Positions 8,662 through 18,092 of a stretch of DNA of 64,000 nucleotides are shown here, one piece after another. The notes under the pieces were generated by a model. It did not search any database, was not told the DNA's origin, and worked only from the letters and a program-made list of their open reading frames with translations. Within the stretch, counting starts at the first letter, position 1. Every line of letters begins with the position of its first letter. Origin of the DNA: Cenarchaeum sp. (GTDB lineage Archaea; Thermoproteota; Nitrososphaeria; Nitrososphaerales; Nitrosopumilaceae); contig OZ243037.1 of the NCBI GenBank assembly GCA_965212015.1, forward strand, positions 672,001 to 736,000, written 5' to 3'. The position numbers and the translations under genes were made by a program.

Positions 8662-9396
8662 CTATCCTAGCAGCACCAGCTCATTTAAGAGCGGAAAGTT
8701 TGCGATATATGCAAGCTGGTTTGTAAAGACGAGTATTCCCAGGACTATGATCAGTCCACCGAGTATGACAGAATAGTATTTCAAATGCCTGCTCATCGCA
8801 CGTATGACCCTGGTGGCCCGGGAAAAGAACACGCCCATCAGGATAAACGGTATTCCGAGGCCCAGTGAGTATACAAGCAGGAGGTTAAACGCCATTGCCG
8901 GAGTCGTTGCAGCAAGGGTGAGAATCGTGCCAAGGACGGGTCCCACGCACGGGGTCCATCCCGCCGCAAAGGCGAGTCCGAACAGAAACGACAGGGGATA
9001 GCTGGCCTTGTCCCTCTTTGGAAAGAACTTTTTCTCCATGTTTAGTGATTTGAATCTGGCAGAGAGCATCAAAAACGCGCCAAAGGCTATGATTATCACC
9101 CCGCCCACCTGGCTAAAGCTGTCAATAAAGTCCGATGCGGAGCCGGCCAAAACGCTGTTGATTACCACCCCAATGGTGGAGAATACCACCGAAAAGCCCA
9201 GCACAAAGAACACGGTGTTTAGGATTACGTTTGTCCTGTTTACGGTGACCGTGTTGCCGCCGGATTTCTGGCTTAGCTCAGTCACCGTGGTGCCCGAGAT
9301 ATATGCAAGAAAGGCGGGAATCATGGGCAGTATGCATGGGGCCACAAATGAGCTCAGCCCTGCAAGTGCCGCAATGGCAAGCGTGATTTCCGCCAT
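8662..9396 (-). CDS. ccdA: CcdA/DsbD-family disulfide-interchange membrane protein
   Basis: SFVAPCILPMIP and GWTPCVGP motifs; multiple TM segments. Confidence 0.92.
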   Translation of the reverse strand: MAEITLAIAALAGLSSFVAPCILPMIPAFLAYISGTTVTELSQKSGGNTVTVNRTNVILNTVFFVLGFSVVFSTIGVVINSVLAGSASDFIDSFSQVGGVIIIAFGAFLMLSARFKSLNMEKKFFPKRDKASYPLSFLFGLAFAAGWTPCVGPVLGTILTLAATTPAMAFNLLLVYSLGLGIPFILMGVFFSRATRVIRAMSRHLKYYSVILGGLIIVLGILVFTNQLAYIANFPLLNELVLLG

Positions 9397-9490
9397 GTGG
9401 TTTTGAGCCGTATTTTTACTTTAAAGCCTTACTCCATATCTTTACCATATTTCCAATTGCTTTTTATCATGGCATTTTTCCAGTTTTGGC

Positions 9491-9592
9491 ATGAACATAC
9501 GCTTTATCGTGGTGGGAATAGGGCTCGGAATCATAGTCACAGTCGCCTTTGTGGTCGGCTCGCCCCTGTTTTTAGGCTTTGACGTGCGCTAG
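9491..9592 (+). CDS. Small single-TM protein (33 aa)
   Basis: MNIRFIVVGIGLGIIVTVAFVVGSPLFLGFDVR; TTTTAT about 25 nt upstream; stop abuts the bioF stop. Confidence 0.55.
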   Translation: MNIRFIVVGIGLGIIVTVAFVVGSPLFLGFDVR

Positions 9593-10723
9593 TCAGATTA
9601 TCCGGAATTTTTTGCCCGCACTCTCAAATGCCCCGAGCGCGCACTCGATATTATCCGGGCCAAGCCACGCAGTCACCGAGAGCCTGATTCTTGCCGTGCC
9701 CCTCGGCACCGTGGGATACCTGATGGGCTGTGCAAACACGCCGTTTTTTAGCAGCTCCCCGCCAAAATCCACGGCCCTTTTCTCGTCGCCTATCACAACG
9801 GGGATTATGTGCGTCTTTGAGCTAATCTCGTATCCCAGCTTGCGCAGTCCGCCAGAGACGCGCCTGACGTTTGCGGCAAGCGCCCTTCTTTTCTTCTCCC
9901 TGTCATGATCGAATCTTTTTGAGGCGTGCCTTATGAGGAGCGAGGGCAGGGCGGAGGTATAGATGAATGCCTTTGACTTGTTTGTGCAGAACTCTATTGC
10001 GTCCCTGCTTGATGCCACATACCCCCCAAACGATCCCAGTGCCTTGCTTAGGCTGCTAATGTACACATCTATCTGCCTTGCCACCCCCAGGTGGCTTGCA
10101 GTCCCCCTTCCGTCGCGCCCCACCGCAAAGTCCCCGTGTGCGTCATCAAGTACCAGTATTGCGCCTGCCTGCCGCGCAAGCTCTGCAATGCGCCTCAGAT
10201 CCGCAAAATCCCCGTCCATGCTAAAGACCCCCTCAGTTATGATGAACTTTCTTTGCCGCCTTTGCGCAAGCTTTGCCCCGAGATCGTCCATGTCGTTGTG
10301 TCTGTAGACTGAGATTTTCGCCCCCGACAGCCTGCACGCCTCGATGATGCTTGCATGGTTTAGCGAGTCCGAAAGCACGAGATCCCCGCCCCGGACTATC
10401 GAGGATATCGCCCCAAGATTCGCCATATAGCCGGTGGGGTATACCAGCGAGGCCTGCTGGGACTTGTGCCTTGCAAGTTTTTTTTCAAGATAATAGTACG
10501 AGGCATCATTGCCCGATACGAGCCGCGAGCTTGACTGCATCTGTCCTGCCGCCACCCTCTGGGGCGGAATTCCCAGATAGTCGTTTGAGCACAGGTTCAG
10601 GTATCTTTTGCCGCCAATTACAATGTGCGCGCCTGCGACAGTACCAAGGCGCATGCGCCTGTACAGGCCGTCCTTTTTGATCCCGTCCATCTCTGAGGCG
10701 AGAAACCCAAGCTTATGCGTCAA
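9593..10723 (-). CDS. bioF: 8-amino-7-oxononanoate synthase
   Basis: CSNDYLG, SSRLVSG, NHASII, FSMDGD, DDAHG, SLSKALGSFGG, IRYPTVP. Confidence 0.92.
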   Translation of the reverse strand: MTHKLGFLASEMDGIKKDGLYRRMRLGTVAGAHIVIGGKRYLNLCSNDYLGIPPQRVAAGQMQSSSRLVSGNDASYYYLEKKLARHKSQQASLVYPTGYMANLGAISSIVRGGDLVLSDSLNHASIIEACRLSGAKISVYRHNDMDDLGAKLAQRRQRKFIITEGVFSMDGDFADLRRIAELARQAGAILVLDDAHGDFAVGRDGRGTASHLGVARQIDVYISSLSKALGSFGGYVASSRDAIEFCTNKSKAFIYTSALPSLLIRHASKRFDHDREKKRRALAANVRRVSGGLRKLGYEISSKTHIIPVVIGDEKRAVDFGGELLKNGVFAQPIRYPTVPRGTARIRLSVTAWLGPDNIECALGAFESAGKKFRII

Positions 10724-11690
10724 GTCCGATACTTTTTATCATTGCAATGTCCCTTGCTGCGTCGTTTCCCCCCAGCGTAAGGTATCCGGCAGTTATTATC
10801 CCGTTTGCGCCGCTTTGCAGCAGTGCCTCCCCGTCGTCTGCAAGTCCGGTCTCCCGTCCGCCTGAGATCTTGATTATCGCATCAGGCAGCATAAAGCGCA
10901 GCAGCGCAAACATGCGGATGATCTCATTCTCCGGGATGGGCGACTGCAGCTGCAGCGGCGTTCCTTCGACTGGAACCAGTATGTTTATCGTGACCTCCTC
11001 TGGCATTATTGATGCGAGCTCTTGTGCAAGCTCTAGTCTCTGCTGGCGCGTCTCGCCCATGCCGATAATCCCGCCCGTGCAGAGCTCAAGGCCGGCATCC
11101 CTTGCAATCCTCAGCGTTTTGAGCCTGTCGTCATACGAGTGTGTAGTGCATATCTCGGGAAACTTGGACCTTGACGTCTCTAGGTTGTGGTTGTACCTCC
11201 GGACACCCAGGCCCTTTAGCCTTTTTGCCTGCCCGGGGGTCAGAAATCCCAAGCTGCACTCTATGGTTATTCCGACCTCGTCGTTTATCCTCCGGATTAT
11301 CTCGCAGACTTTGTCAAAGTCGTCGCGTGACGGCTGGCGCCACGCCGCGACCAAACAGTATGATTCCGCATTCTCGTCCTTTGCCTTTTGCGCCTGCGAT
11401 ACGACCTGCTGCGGGTCGGGCAGCGAATACGTCCCTATCGCCGTGTCGTAAAGTGCAGACTGGCCGCAAAACGTACAGTCCTCGCTGCAGGCGTTCTTTT
11501 TTATGTTGTTTAGCTGCTCGACGTCTATTTTTGTGCCGTTGAATTTTTTTGTAATCTCGTTTGCGGCACGCGCCAGCGCGCGCATGTCTGCATTATCCGT
11601 ATTGATGATTCTTGCCGCATCCTCAGCGGAGACTGCCGTCTTTGCAAGGACGCCGTCTTTGCACCCGTCAATAAAACGGCCATAGTCCAT
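10713..11690 (-). CDS. bioB: Biotin synthase (radical SAM)
   Basis: CSEDCTFCGQS, YNHNLETS, CTGGIIGMGE, GGRE; start trimmed to ATG 11690 downstream of a TATA box. Confidence 0.95.
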   Translation of the reverse strand: MDYGRFIDGCKDGVLAKTAVSAEDAARIINTDNADMRALARAANEITKKFNGTKIDVEQLNNIKKNACSEDCTFCGQSALYDTAIGTYSLPDPQQVVSQAQKAKDENAESYCLVAAWRQPSRDDFDKVCEIIRRINDEVGITIECSLGFLTPGQAKRLKGLGVRRYNHNLETSRSKFPEICTTHSYDDRLKTLRIARDAGLELCTGGIIGMGETRQQRLELAQELASIMPEEVTINILVPVEGTPLQLQSPIPENEIIRMFALLRFMLPDAIIKISGGRETGLADDGEALLQSGANGIITAGYLTLGGNDAARDIAMIKSIGLDA

Positions 11691-11733
11691 GACTGGCCTT
11701 GGGGGAATTCGTCTAAATAAGGATAGCTGAATG

Positions 11734-11762
11734 GTTAACCATATAGTGTAATTACGGTTAAC
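11734..11762. promoter_or_regulatory. BirA-type biotin operator
   Basis: GTTAACC-N15-GGTTAAC directly upstream of the bioB promoter. Confidence 0.7.
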
Positions 11763-11767
11763 ACAAA

Positions 11768-13087
11768 TCACAGCTCGTCTCTGACCTGGTTTATCGTCTT
11801 GATGGCGCCCTCGATGAGGTCCTTCAGGTGCGTTTCGGGCATGGCAAGCGGCGGAACAAGCATGAGTATGTTTCCCAGCGTGCGCAGATAGATTCCGTGC
11901 CTTTTGCCTGCCTCAAAGACTGTCTTGTTGACCGATTCCCGGGGCGATATCGGAGTCATTTTTTTCCTGTCCCGGACCAGCTCGATTCCCATCAGCATCC
12001 CCTTGTGCCTGACGTCGCCTACAAGCTCCAGGCCGGATATCTCGTCCAAATACCGCTCAAAAATCCCCGATGATTTTTTTATCCCCCGAATCAGCCCCGT
12101 CCTCTCGTAGAGTTCCAGGTTTTCATTTGCCACTGCGGCGGCTATCGGGTTTCCAGTATACGTATGGCCGTGAAACAGGTGCCTGTAATCGTGAAATTCC
12201 CCCAGAAACGAGTCATAGATCTTTTTTGTCGCCAGCGTGGCAGACATTGTCAGGTATCCGCCCGTGAGCATTTTGCCGTATGCCACAATGTCGGGGCTGC
12301 TTTTCTGGGCCGCGTATTCTGCCATGGAGCCCAGCCTGCCAAATCCGGTCGCAATCTCGTCGAGCACCAGCAAGACGCCGTATTTTTTGCAGATTTTTGA
12401 GACCCTGCGCTGGAATCCCTCCGGATATATTGCAACCCCGCCTGCAACCTGCGCCCCGCTTTCCATTATCAGCGCCGCAACGGAATCATCGGCTGCGAGT
12501 TTTTTTTCCATCCCCTCCAGGCATTCGTCCAGGTGCCGCGCCGTGGCGGCGCCCACAGGCTGCATGTATCTGTCGGGGGCATCAAAGCGCACCGTAGGAA
12601 ACAGATACGGCCCGAATCCTGAAAAAAACTCTGGAATATACCCTACTGACATGGCGCCAAACGTGTCGCCGTGGTATCCGTTTTTTAGCGACGCGATTTT
12701 TTTCTTGTTTTTAACGCCGGTGTTTGTCCAGTACTGCAAGGCGATCTTTATCGCAATCTCTACTGCCGTGGATCCGTTGTCTGAAAAAAACACGCGGTGC
12801 ATGCCGGGGGACATTTTGACTAGCTTTTCTGCCAGTATTTCTGCCGGCTCGTTTGTCAGGTTGAACATTGGCGAATGCTGGAGCTTTCTTGCCTGGGCGT
12901 GCATGGCCGAGATCAGCTCCTGCCTCGAGTGGCCCCATACGTTACACCACATCGATGCCACGCCGTCAAGCAGCCTGCGGCCGTTTTTGTCAATCAGAAA
13001 CATGCCTTCTGCCCTTACGATCTCATCAAAGCTGCGCCATTCCTTCATCTGGGTGTTGGGATGCCATACGACACTGTTGCCTGTCAA
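11768..13087 (-). CDS. bioA: Adenosylmethionine-8-amino-7-oxononanoate aminotransferase
   Basis: VWHPNTQM, SMWCNVWGH, GSTAVEIAIK, YHGDTFGAMS, DEIATGFGR, GKMLTGG, HGHTYTGNP. Confidence 0.95.
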   Translation of the reverse strand: MTGNSVVWHPNTQMKEWRSFDEIVRAEGMFLIDKNGRRLLDGVASMWCNVWGHSRQELISAMHAQARKLQHSPMFNLTNEPAEILAEKLVKMSPGMHRVFFSDNGSTAVEIAIKIALQYWTNTGVKNKKKIASLKNGYHGDTFGAMSVGYIPEFFSGFGPYLFPTVRFDAPDRYMQPVGAATARHLDECLEGMEKKLAADDSVAALIMESGAQVAGGVAIYPEGFQRRVSKICKKYGVLLVLDEIATGFGRLGSMAEYAAQKSSPDIVAYGKMLTGGYLTMSATLATKKIYDSFLGEFHDYRHLFHGHTYTGNPIAAAVANENLELYERTGLIRGIKKSSGIFERYLDEISGLELVGDVRHKGMLMGIELVRDRKKMTPISPRESVNKTVFEAGKRHGIYLRTLGNILMLVPPLAMPETHLKDLIEGAIKTINQVRDEL

Positions 13088-13246
13088 TCCTCACCGATAC
13101 CCCCTCGCCATATCTTAATAATCCATCCCCGGGCAGGGGGGGCCCGTCAGGCTCGCATCGTGCCAAACGCATCCGCACCGCCCCCCTCCGGATCAAAAAC
13201 CCGCCAAAAAATTACACATAAATCAAAGAGGGATTTCACAGTCCTT

Positions 13247-14377
13247 GTGAAAATTACCGTTTCTGTAATCAAGGCCGACGTGGGGGGCATCGGGGGGCAC
13301 ACGAGGCCCAGCGACGCACTCATCGATGCCGTGCGCAAGAAAGTCGAGTCCGGCGGCATGCTAATAGACCACTATATAGGATACTGCGGGGACGACGTGC
13401 ACATTGTCATGACGCACAGGGGCGGAGTCGACAACAGGGACGTGCACAAGCTTGCCTGGGACGCGTTCATGGCAGGCACGCAGGTGGCCCGGGACGAGGG
13501 GCTTTACGGCGCAGGCCAGGACCTGCTCAAGGACTCTTTTTCTGGAAACGTAAAGGGCATGGGGCCCGGCGTGGCCGAGATGGAGTTCGAGGAGAGGCAA
13601 AACGAGGCCTTTACCGTGTTTGCAGCAGACAAGACCGAGCCTGGCGCGTTTAACTATCCCCTTTACAGGCTGTTCGTCGACGGCCTGAGCAACACCGGTC
13701 TGATCGTAAACAAGCACCTTGCAGGGGGCGTGGTCATCAACGTGATGGACGTAGAAAAGGCGAAAATCGCAAGGCTGGTACTGTGGGAGGACAAGCCCAC
13801 CGTAGAGGCTGCGCTGATGTATCCTGGCAGGTACGTGGTGGCGTCAGTCGAGACCAAGGACGGCGAGCCCATAGTGTCCGCATCCACTGACAGGCTGCAC
13901 AACATTGCGGGAACCTATGTGGGAAAGGACGATCCCGTCTGCCTGATAAGGACGCAAAAGAAATTCCCCGCGACAGAGGAGGCCGGCAGCGTCTTTAACA
14001 ATCCGCACTATGTGGCAGGCAATACGCGCGGAAGCCACAACATGCCGCTGATGCCAGTAAAGCTCAACTCTGCTGCAACGATTAACTTTTGCATACCCAT
14101 CGTAGAGTCGCTCGTCTTTAGCATGCATGGCGGAAAGCTTACGGGGCCGTTTGACGGATTCTCGACTCCCGACTGGGACCACATCAGGGAGATTGCCACA
14201 AAAAAGGCCATGGCCATGAGAAGCCAGGGGTTCATACACCCCGCCACCCTGGTGCCAGACGAGCTGGAATATGCCGAGGGGTACAGGGCCAGAATGGACG
14301 TGCTGGAGAAAAAAATGTCGCCCCTTGATCAGGACGCCCCGTCTGGCGCAAGAAAATCATACGAGGATCCAGACTAG
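13247..14377 (+). CDS. fbp: Fructose-1,6-bisphosphate aldolase/phosphatase (class V FBPase)
   Basis: KITVSVIKADVGGIGGH, GLYGAGQDLL, DKTEPGAFN, YVGKDDPV; start GTG 13247. Confidence 0.95.
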   Translation: MKITVSVIKADVGGIGGHTRPSDALIDAVRKKVESGGMLIDHYIGYCGDDVHIVMTHRGGVDNRDVHKLAWDAFMAGTQVARDEGLYGAGQDLLKDSFSGNVKGMGPGVAEMEFEERQNEAFTVFAADKTEPGAFNYPLYRLFVDGLSNTGLIVNKHLAGGVVINVMDVEKAKIARLVLWEDKPTVEAALMYPGRYVVASVETKDGEPIVSASTDRLHNIAGTYVGKDDPVCLIRTQKKFPATEEAGSVFNNPHYVAGNTRGSHNMPLMPVKLNSAATINFCIPIVESLVFSMHGGKLTGPFDGFSTPDWDHIREIATKKAMAMRSQGFIHPATLVPDELEYAEGYRARMDVLEKKMSPLDQDAPSGARKSYEDPD

Positions 14378-14417
14378 TCTGAGAGAATTTTTATAGCAAG
14401 AAAAGTCTCCCGCAGTC

Positions 14418-14765
14418 ATGCAGTATTTTTCGGCGCTAAAGCTGGGGCAAAAGAGGGTGGCAGCTGCGCGCCAGTACCTGGACAAGCTTACAAACGGAAA
14501 GGCAATGCCCGCACTGGCCCTCAAGGACACAAAATCCAAGGACTGGGAGCCAGTCGGCGAGGAGATCCTGTATGCGTTTGTAGACGAGTCATCCGGCTTT
14601 GTGCTGACTGACTCTAGCGGGTACATTCTTTCTCTAGTAGACGGCGACGGGCTATCCAAGGCGCTAGTACAGGGTGTGACAGCAGGGCAAAAGGAGGTCC
14701 TGCTCAAATCCCTAGAGTCCGACGGCATTCCAAAGTTCCAGGGAAAGGTAGTCCTGCCGGTCTGA
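14418..14765 (+). CDS. Hypothetical protein
   Basis: 115-aa ORF with TTTTATA about 25 nt upstream. Confidence 0.75.
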   Translation: MQYFSALKLGQKRVAAARQYLDKLTNGKAMPALALKDTKSKDWEPVGEEILYAFVDESSGFVLTDSSGYILSLVDGDGLSKALVQGVTAGQKEVLLKSLESDGIPKFQGKVVLPV

Positions 14766-14801
14766 AGGGTTCCTGCTGCGGCGCGGCGCACTGCAGAGTT
14801 T

Positions 14802-14881
14802 GTACGAGGTCACGTCCTACTGGAACTAGACACGAATTTTGCGTCATGGCTGTCTTTTAGGCGTGACAGGTGACCTCGTAC
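14802..14881. repeat. 80-bp element bounded by 12-bp perfect inverted repeats
   Basis: GTACGAGGTCAC at 14802-14813 and GTGACCTCGTAC at 14870-14881. Confidence 0.7.
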
Positions 14882-15130
14882 TATCGATTTTATAGCGACG
14901 CTTTTAACGAATTTTTGGATAAAATGGGGGATAAAAAATCAAATATCGTAAAAGAGGCATTGAATAAATTTGTAAAAGGCGAGCTAGATTTGTGACCCAG
15001 AGATTGTCAGCACTATGACGGAAGGGTCAAAATAATGATAGAGGAGGCAAAAGTCGTGGTTTATTTTGATAAAAAAGACGATCGCATAGTTATGATAGAC
15101 GGGAACGAGGTACACGACCGTGCTGCCTAA
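14870..15130 (+). pseudogene. RelE/ParE-like toxin pseudogene (in-frame TGA at 14993-14995)
   Basis: MTSYYRFYSDAFNEFLDKMGDKKSNIVKEALNKFVKGELDL*PRDCQHYDGRVKIMIEEAKVVVYFDKKDDRIVMIDGNEVHDRAA; about 86 codons, AT-rich; fold judged by eye only. Confidence 0.4.
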
Positions 15131-15354
15131 TATGTCCAGAAAACAGCATCATGCCCATTAGAATATTTGAGACGCGGCACTATCGAGAAGACAAAATGTG
15201 ACCACTGCGGCGCTACGTGAATGGGGTTCTTTCCGACGTGCCAGAACAGTACAAAAACGCAGACGATGCGGATCTCAAAAAAACAGTGGCAAGGCTCGAG
15301 AGGGATGGCCGACGGGGTTGCCAGACTGGTGGTGGCACCATACCAAAGTTTTAG
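15121..15354 (+). pseudogene. Possible frameshifted zinc-ribbon protein (antitoxin-like) remnant
   Basis: CLIC in one frame and KCDHCG in the adjacent frame, joinable by two single-base indels. Confidence 0.3.
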
Positions 15355-15379
15355 ATACTGATCAAAACAAGGCATGTGA

Positions 15380-16609
15380 ATGGCCAAATTCTCCCGGGAA
15401 ATCGAAGTCAGCGGGCACCTGATCGACTCTCTTATCCTTACCAAGATATTTGACGGGATAATGGACGTGGGCGGGGAGTTCAAGGTCCTGGAGATCAGCA
15501 TAGGCAAAAAAAAGATGGATTCCAGCCATGCCCGGCTTTTGGTCTGGGGCAGGGACCGGGGCCAACTGAACAAGATTCTGGATCTGGTGTACCGCGAGGG
15601 CGCCACCTCAAAGGTCGACAAAAACGCCAGGATGAGGCCGGCTCCAAGGGACATGGTAATGCCTGACAATTTTTACAGCACCACCAACAACCAGACGCAG
15701 ATATTCCATAATAACAGGTGGATGCGGGTGGAGGACATGATGATGGACAAGTGTATAGTCATGCGTGGCGACAGGGCATGCTGTGTTCCAATCCGGGACG
15801 TACAAAAGGGCGACCATATAGTAACTGGGGAGACCGGGGTAAGGGTGACTCCGCCTTCCAGACCGCGCGAGGGGGTAGACGTCTTTGAGTTTATGGGCGG
15901 CAGCAGCTCAAGTGAGCGGCCGACCGGGCATGTCGCAAAACAGATAGCAAGGGACATTCGCGCGATAAAAAAATCAGGGGGAAAAATCATACTTGTGGGC
16001 GGACCTGCCATCATACACACGGGGGCCGCAGATTCCGTCGCAGAACTGATCAAGGGCGGATACATTCACGGCGTCCTGGCCGGCAACGCCCTGGCGGTGC
16101 ACGACATCGAGTACGCCACTATGGGAACGTCACTTGGCATGAACATCCGCGACGGTACGCTGGCGGTGCGCGGACACCGCAACCACATGGATGCGGTAAA
16201 CGCAGTCTTCAAGGCAGGCTCCATATCGGCGATGGTCAGGACAAAAAAGCTCAAAAAGGGAATCATGTACCAGTGCGTCAGGCAAAAGATCCCCTTTGTC
16301 CTTGCGGGATCCATTCGCGACGACGGACCGCTGCCGGACGTCATAACTGACGTCACCGAGGCCCAAAGGCAGTATAAAAAAATCCTCAAGGGTGCGAAAA
16401 TGGTAATGATGGTCTCCACCATGCTGCATTCAATTGCCACAGGAAACATGCTTCCCGCCGACGTCAAGGTGGTAGTGGTGGACATCAACCAGCCCACGGT
16501 GACAAAGCTGATGGATCGTGGAACCTGGCAGGCATTGGGAGTGGTCTCAGACGTGGGCGCCTTTTTGCCGCTGGTAAGCAGAGAGGTAAAAAGGCTGGAT
16601 CGTGCGTGA
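15380..16609 (+). CDS. TIGR00300 family protein (LOR/SDH-associated, ornithine cyclodeaminase-like)
   Basis: GHLIDS, PDNFYSTTN, FEFMGGSSSSERP, GNALAVHDIE, GSIRDDGPLPD, MLHSIATGNMLP. Confidence 0.9.
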   Translation: MAKFSREIEVSGHLIDSLILTKIFDGIMDVGGEFKVLEISIGKKKMDSSHARLLVWGRDRGQLNKILDLVYREGATSKVDKNARMRPAPRDMVMPDNFYSTTNNQTQIFHNNRWMRVEDMMMDKCIVMRGDRACCVPIRDVQKGDHIVTGETGVRVTPPSRPREGVDVFEFMGGSSSSERPTGHVAKQIARDIRAIKKSGGKIILVGGPAIIHTGAADSVAELIKGGYIHGVLAGNALAVHDIEYATMGTSLGMNIRDGTLAVRGHRNHMDAVNAVFKAGSISAMVRTKKLKKGIMYQCVRQKIPFVLAGSIRDDGPLPDVITDVTEAQRQYKKILKGAKMVMMVSTMLHSIATGNMLPADVKVVVVDINQPTVTKLMDRGTWQALGVVSDVGAFLPLVSREVKRLDRA

Positions 16610-16617
16610 GTGCAGTA

Positions 16618-17244
16618 TCAGGCCTTTAGCTGGCCTAGAATCTCTTTGAATTCGCCAAGCCTGTTTGACAGCTCGGAGATTCCCGCAAGGACTATTTGTT
16701 CGGGAGGCACCGCTCCTGTGGACTCGACAGTCAGAATTCGCTCGTCTGCCTTGTCGGTCTTTACAAGCACGGCAATGTTAGACGAGTTCCATTTTGCGTG
16801 CTCCAGCCCCCTGCCCAGCCTTGCATACGCCTCCACCTTGACTCTCTGGTCAGGTACCAGATCCACTATGGGGATTTTATCAGAGACGGGTTTTACAAAG
16901 CTGTCCTCCGAGCTCAGCTCGTTTGAAAACACGGTGCGAGTCTCTGTAACGTCGCCTGAGTCCAGGGTCAGCATGACCCTGTTTGTCGAGTCATCCGTAT
17001 TGATGTCCGACAGATCCTTGAATTCGGAAAGGTCGGTCCTCAGGGGTATCAGCCCGAGCCTGTGTGCCAGGCCCTCGTCTGCAAGTACAGACGAATTCTC
17101 GATAATGTCGACTGTATCTATTGCAAACACTGGAATTCCGTTAAGACAAATCCTTCTCAGCGCGTTGGTATACTGGAGGGGAACGCCCTTGATCCTGACG
17201 GATATTCTCTGTTCGTCCTGGCTTAGTACTTCTAAAGAAGGCAA
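16618..17244 (-). CDS. rpoD: DNA-directed RNA polymerase subunit D (Rpo3)
   Basis: NALRRI, ENSSVLADEGLAHRLGLIPL, GRGLEHAKW, VESTGAVPP; no Fe-S cysteine insert. Confidence 0.95.
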   Translation of the reverse strand: MPSLEVLSQDEQRISVRIKGVPLQYTNALRRICLNGIPVFAIDTVDIIENSSVLADEGLAHRLGLIPLRTDLSEFKDLSDINTDDSTNRVMLTLDSGDVTETRTVFSNELSSEDSFVKPVSDKIPIVDLVPDQRVKVEAYARLGRGLEHAKWNSSNIAVLVKTDKADERILTVESTGAVPPEQIVLAGISELSNRLGEFKEILGQLKA

Positions 17245-17408
17245 ATCCAACTCAAAGGCGCCCAAAATCCACATAAAAATCTAGCTTGCTTTTCTGGGAA
17301 AAAATTCGCGCGCATGCGGCGGATTCGTTATCCTGCCTAGGCCGGCGTCTGCCCGGGGCGTGTCGCCTTTACGTATAGATAAATATCGAGCCCGCACACC
17401 ATGACACC

Positions 17409-18092
17409 ATGGATGTAAGCACGGCCAGATTCTCCTTTGAGGGTGAAAAGTTTGAAATCCTCGTCAAGCCCGATCCCGCCCTCGACTACAAGCTGGGCAA
17501 AAAAAAGGACGTCTCCTCCGTGCTGGTATCTGACGATATTTACACAGACTCGGGAAGGGGCACCAAGCCGTCCGCAGAAAAGCTGCTAAAGGCGTTCAAG
17601 ACGGCAGACTCGCTTGCAATTGCAGAGATAATCCTCAAAAAAGGCAGCCTCAACCTTACCACCGATCAAAGGCGCAAGATGGTAGAGGCAAAGAGAAGGC
17701 AGATTGTAGATCACATCGCCAAGACCTTTGTAGACCCGCGATCACACCTGCCGCATCCCCCGCTAAGAATCGAGCAGGCATTCAAGGACGGCAGGATTCT
17801 AGTGGATCCCCAGAAAAACGCCGAAGAGCAGGTCAAGGAAATAGTCGAAAAGCTCCGGAGCATAATCCCGCTAAAGTCCGAAAATCTGGACCTTGAGATC
17901 ATTGTACCTGCGCAGTATGCGGCACAGTCATACTCTGTCCTGAAATCCACCGGCACCCTAAAGGGGGAGGATTGGCTTACAAACGGTTCTCTCAAAGCAA
18001 TACTTGAAATACCGGCGGCGGCAAGGCCAAATGTGATAGACAGATTAAACTCTATAACCAAGGGAACTGCGACAGTTGAGGTAGTGCAGTGA
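17409..18092 (+). CDS. Ribosome assembly factor SBDS/Sdo1
   Basis: GEKFEILVKPD, LTTDQRRKM, DPRSHLPHPPLRIE. Confidence 0.95.
   Translation: MDVSTARFSFEGEKFEILVKPDPALDYKLGKKKDVSSVLVSDDIYTDSGRGTKPSAEKLLKAFKTADSLAIAEIILKKGSLNLTTDQRRKMVEAKRRQIVDHIAKTFVDPRSHLPHPPLRIEQAFKDGRILVDPQKNAEEQVKEIVEKLRSIIPLKSENLDLEIIVPAQYAAQSYSVLKSTGTLKGEDWLTNGSLKAILEIPAAARPNVIDRLNSITKGTATVEVVQ

Noticed and set aside
12875-13246. 124-aa N-terminal extension of FBPase in the ORF track
   Set aside because: Overlaps bioA on the opposite strand; family similarity starts at GTG 13247
14993-15201. TGA readthrough or selenocysteine recoding in the two interrupted frames
   Set aside because: No Sec machinery is visible, TGA is an ordinary stop elsewhere in the window, and decay is the simpler explanation
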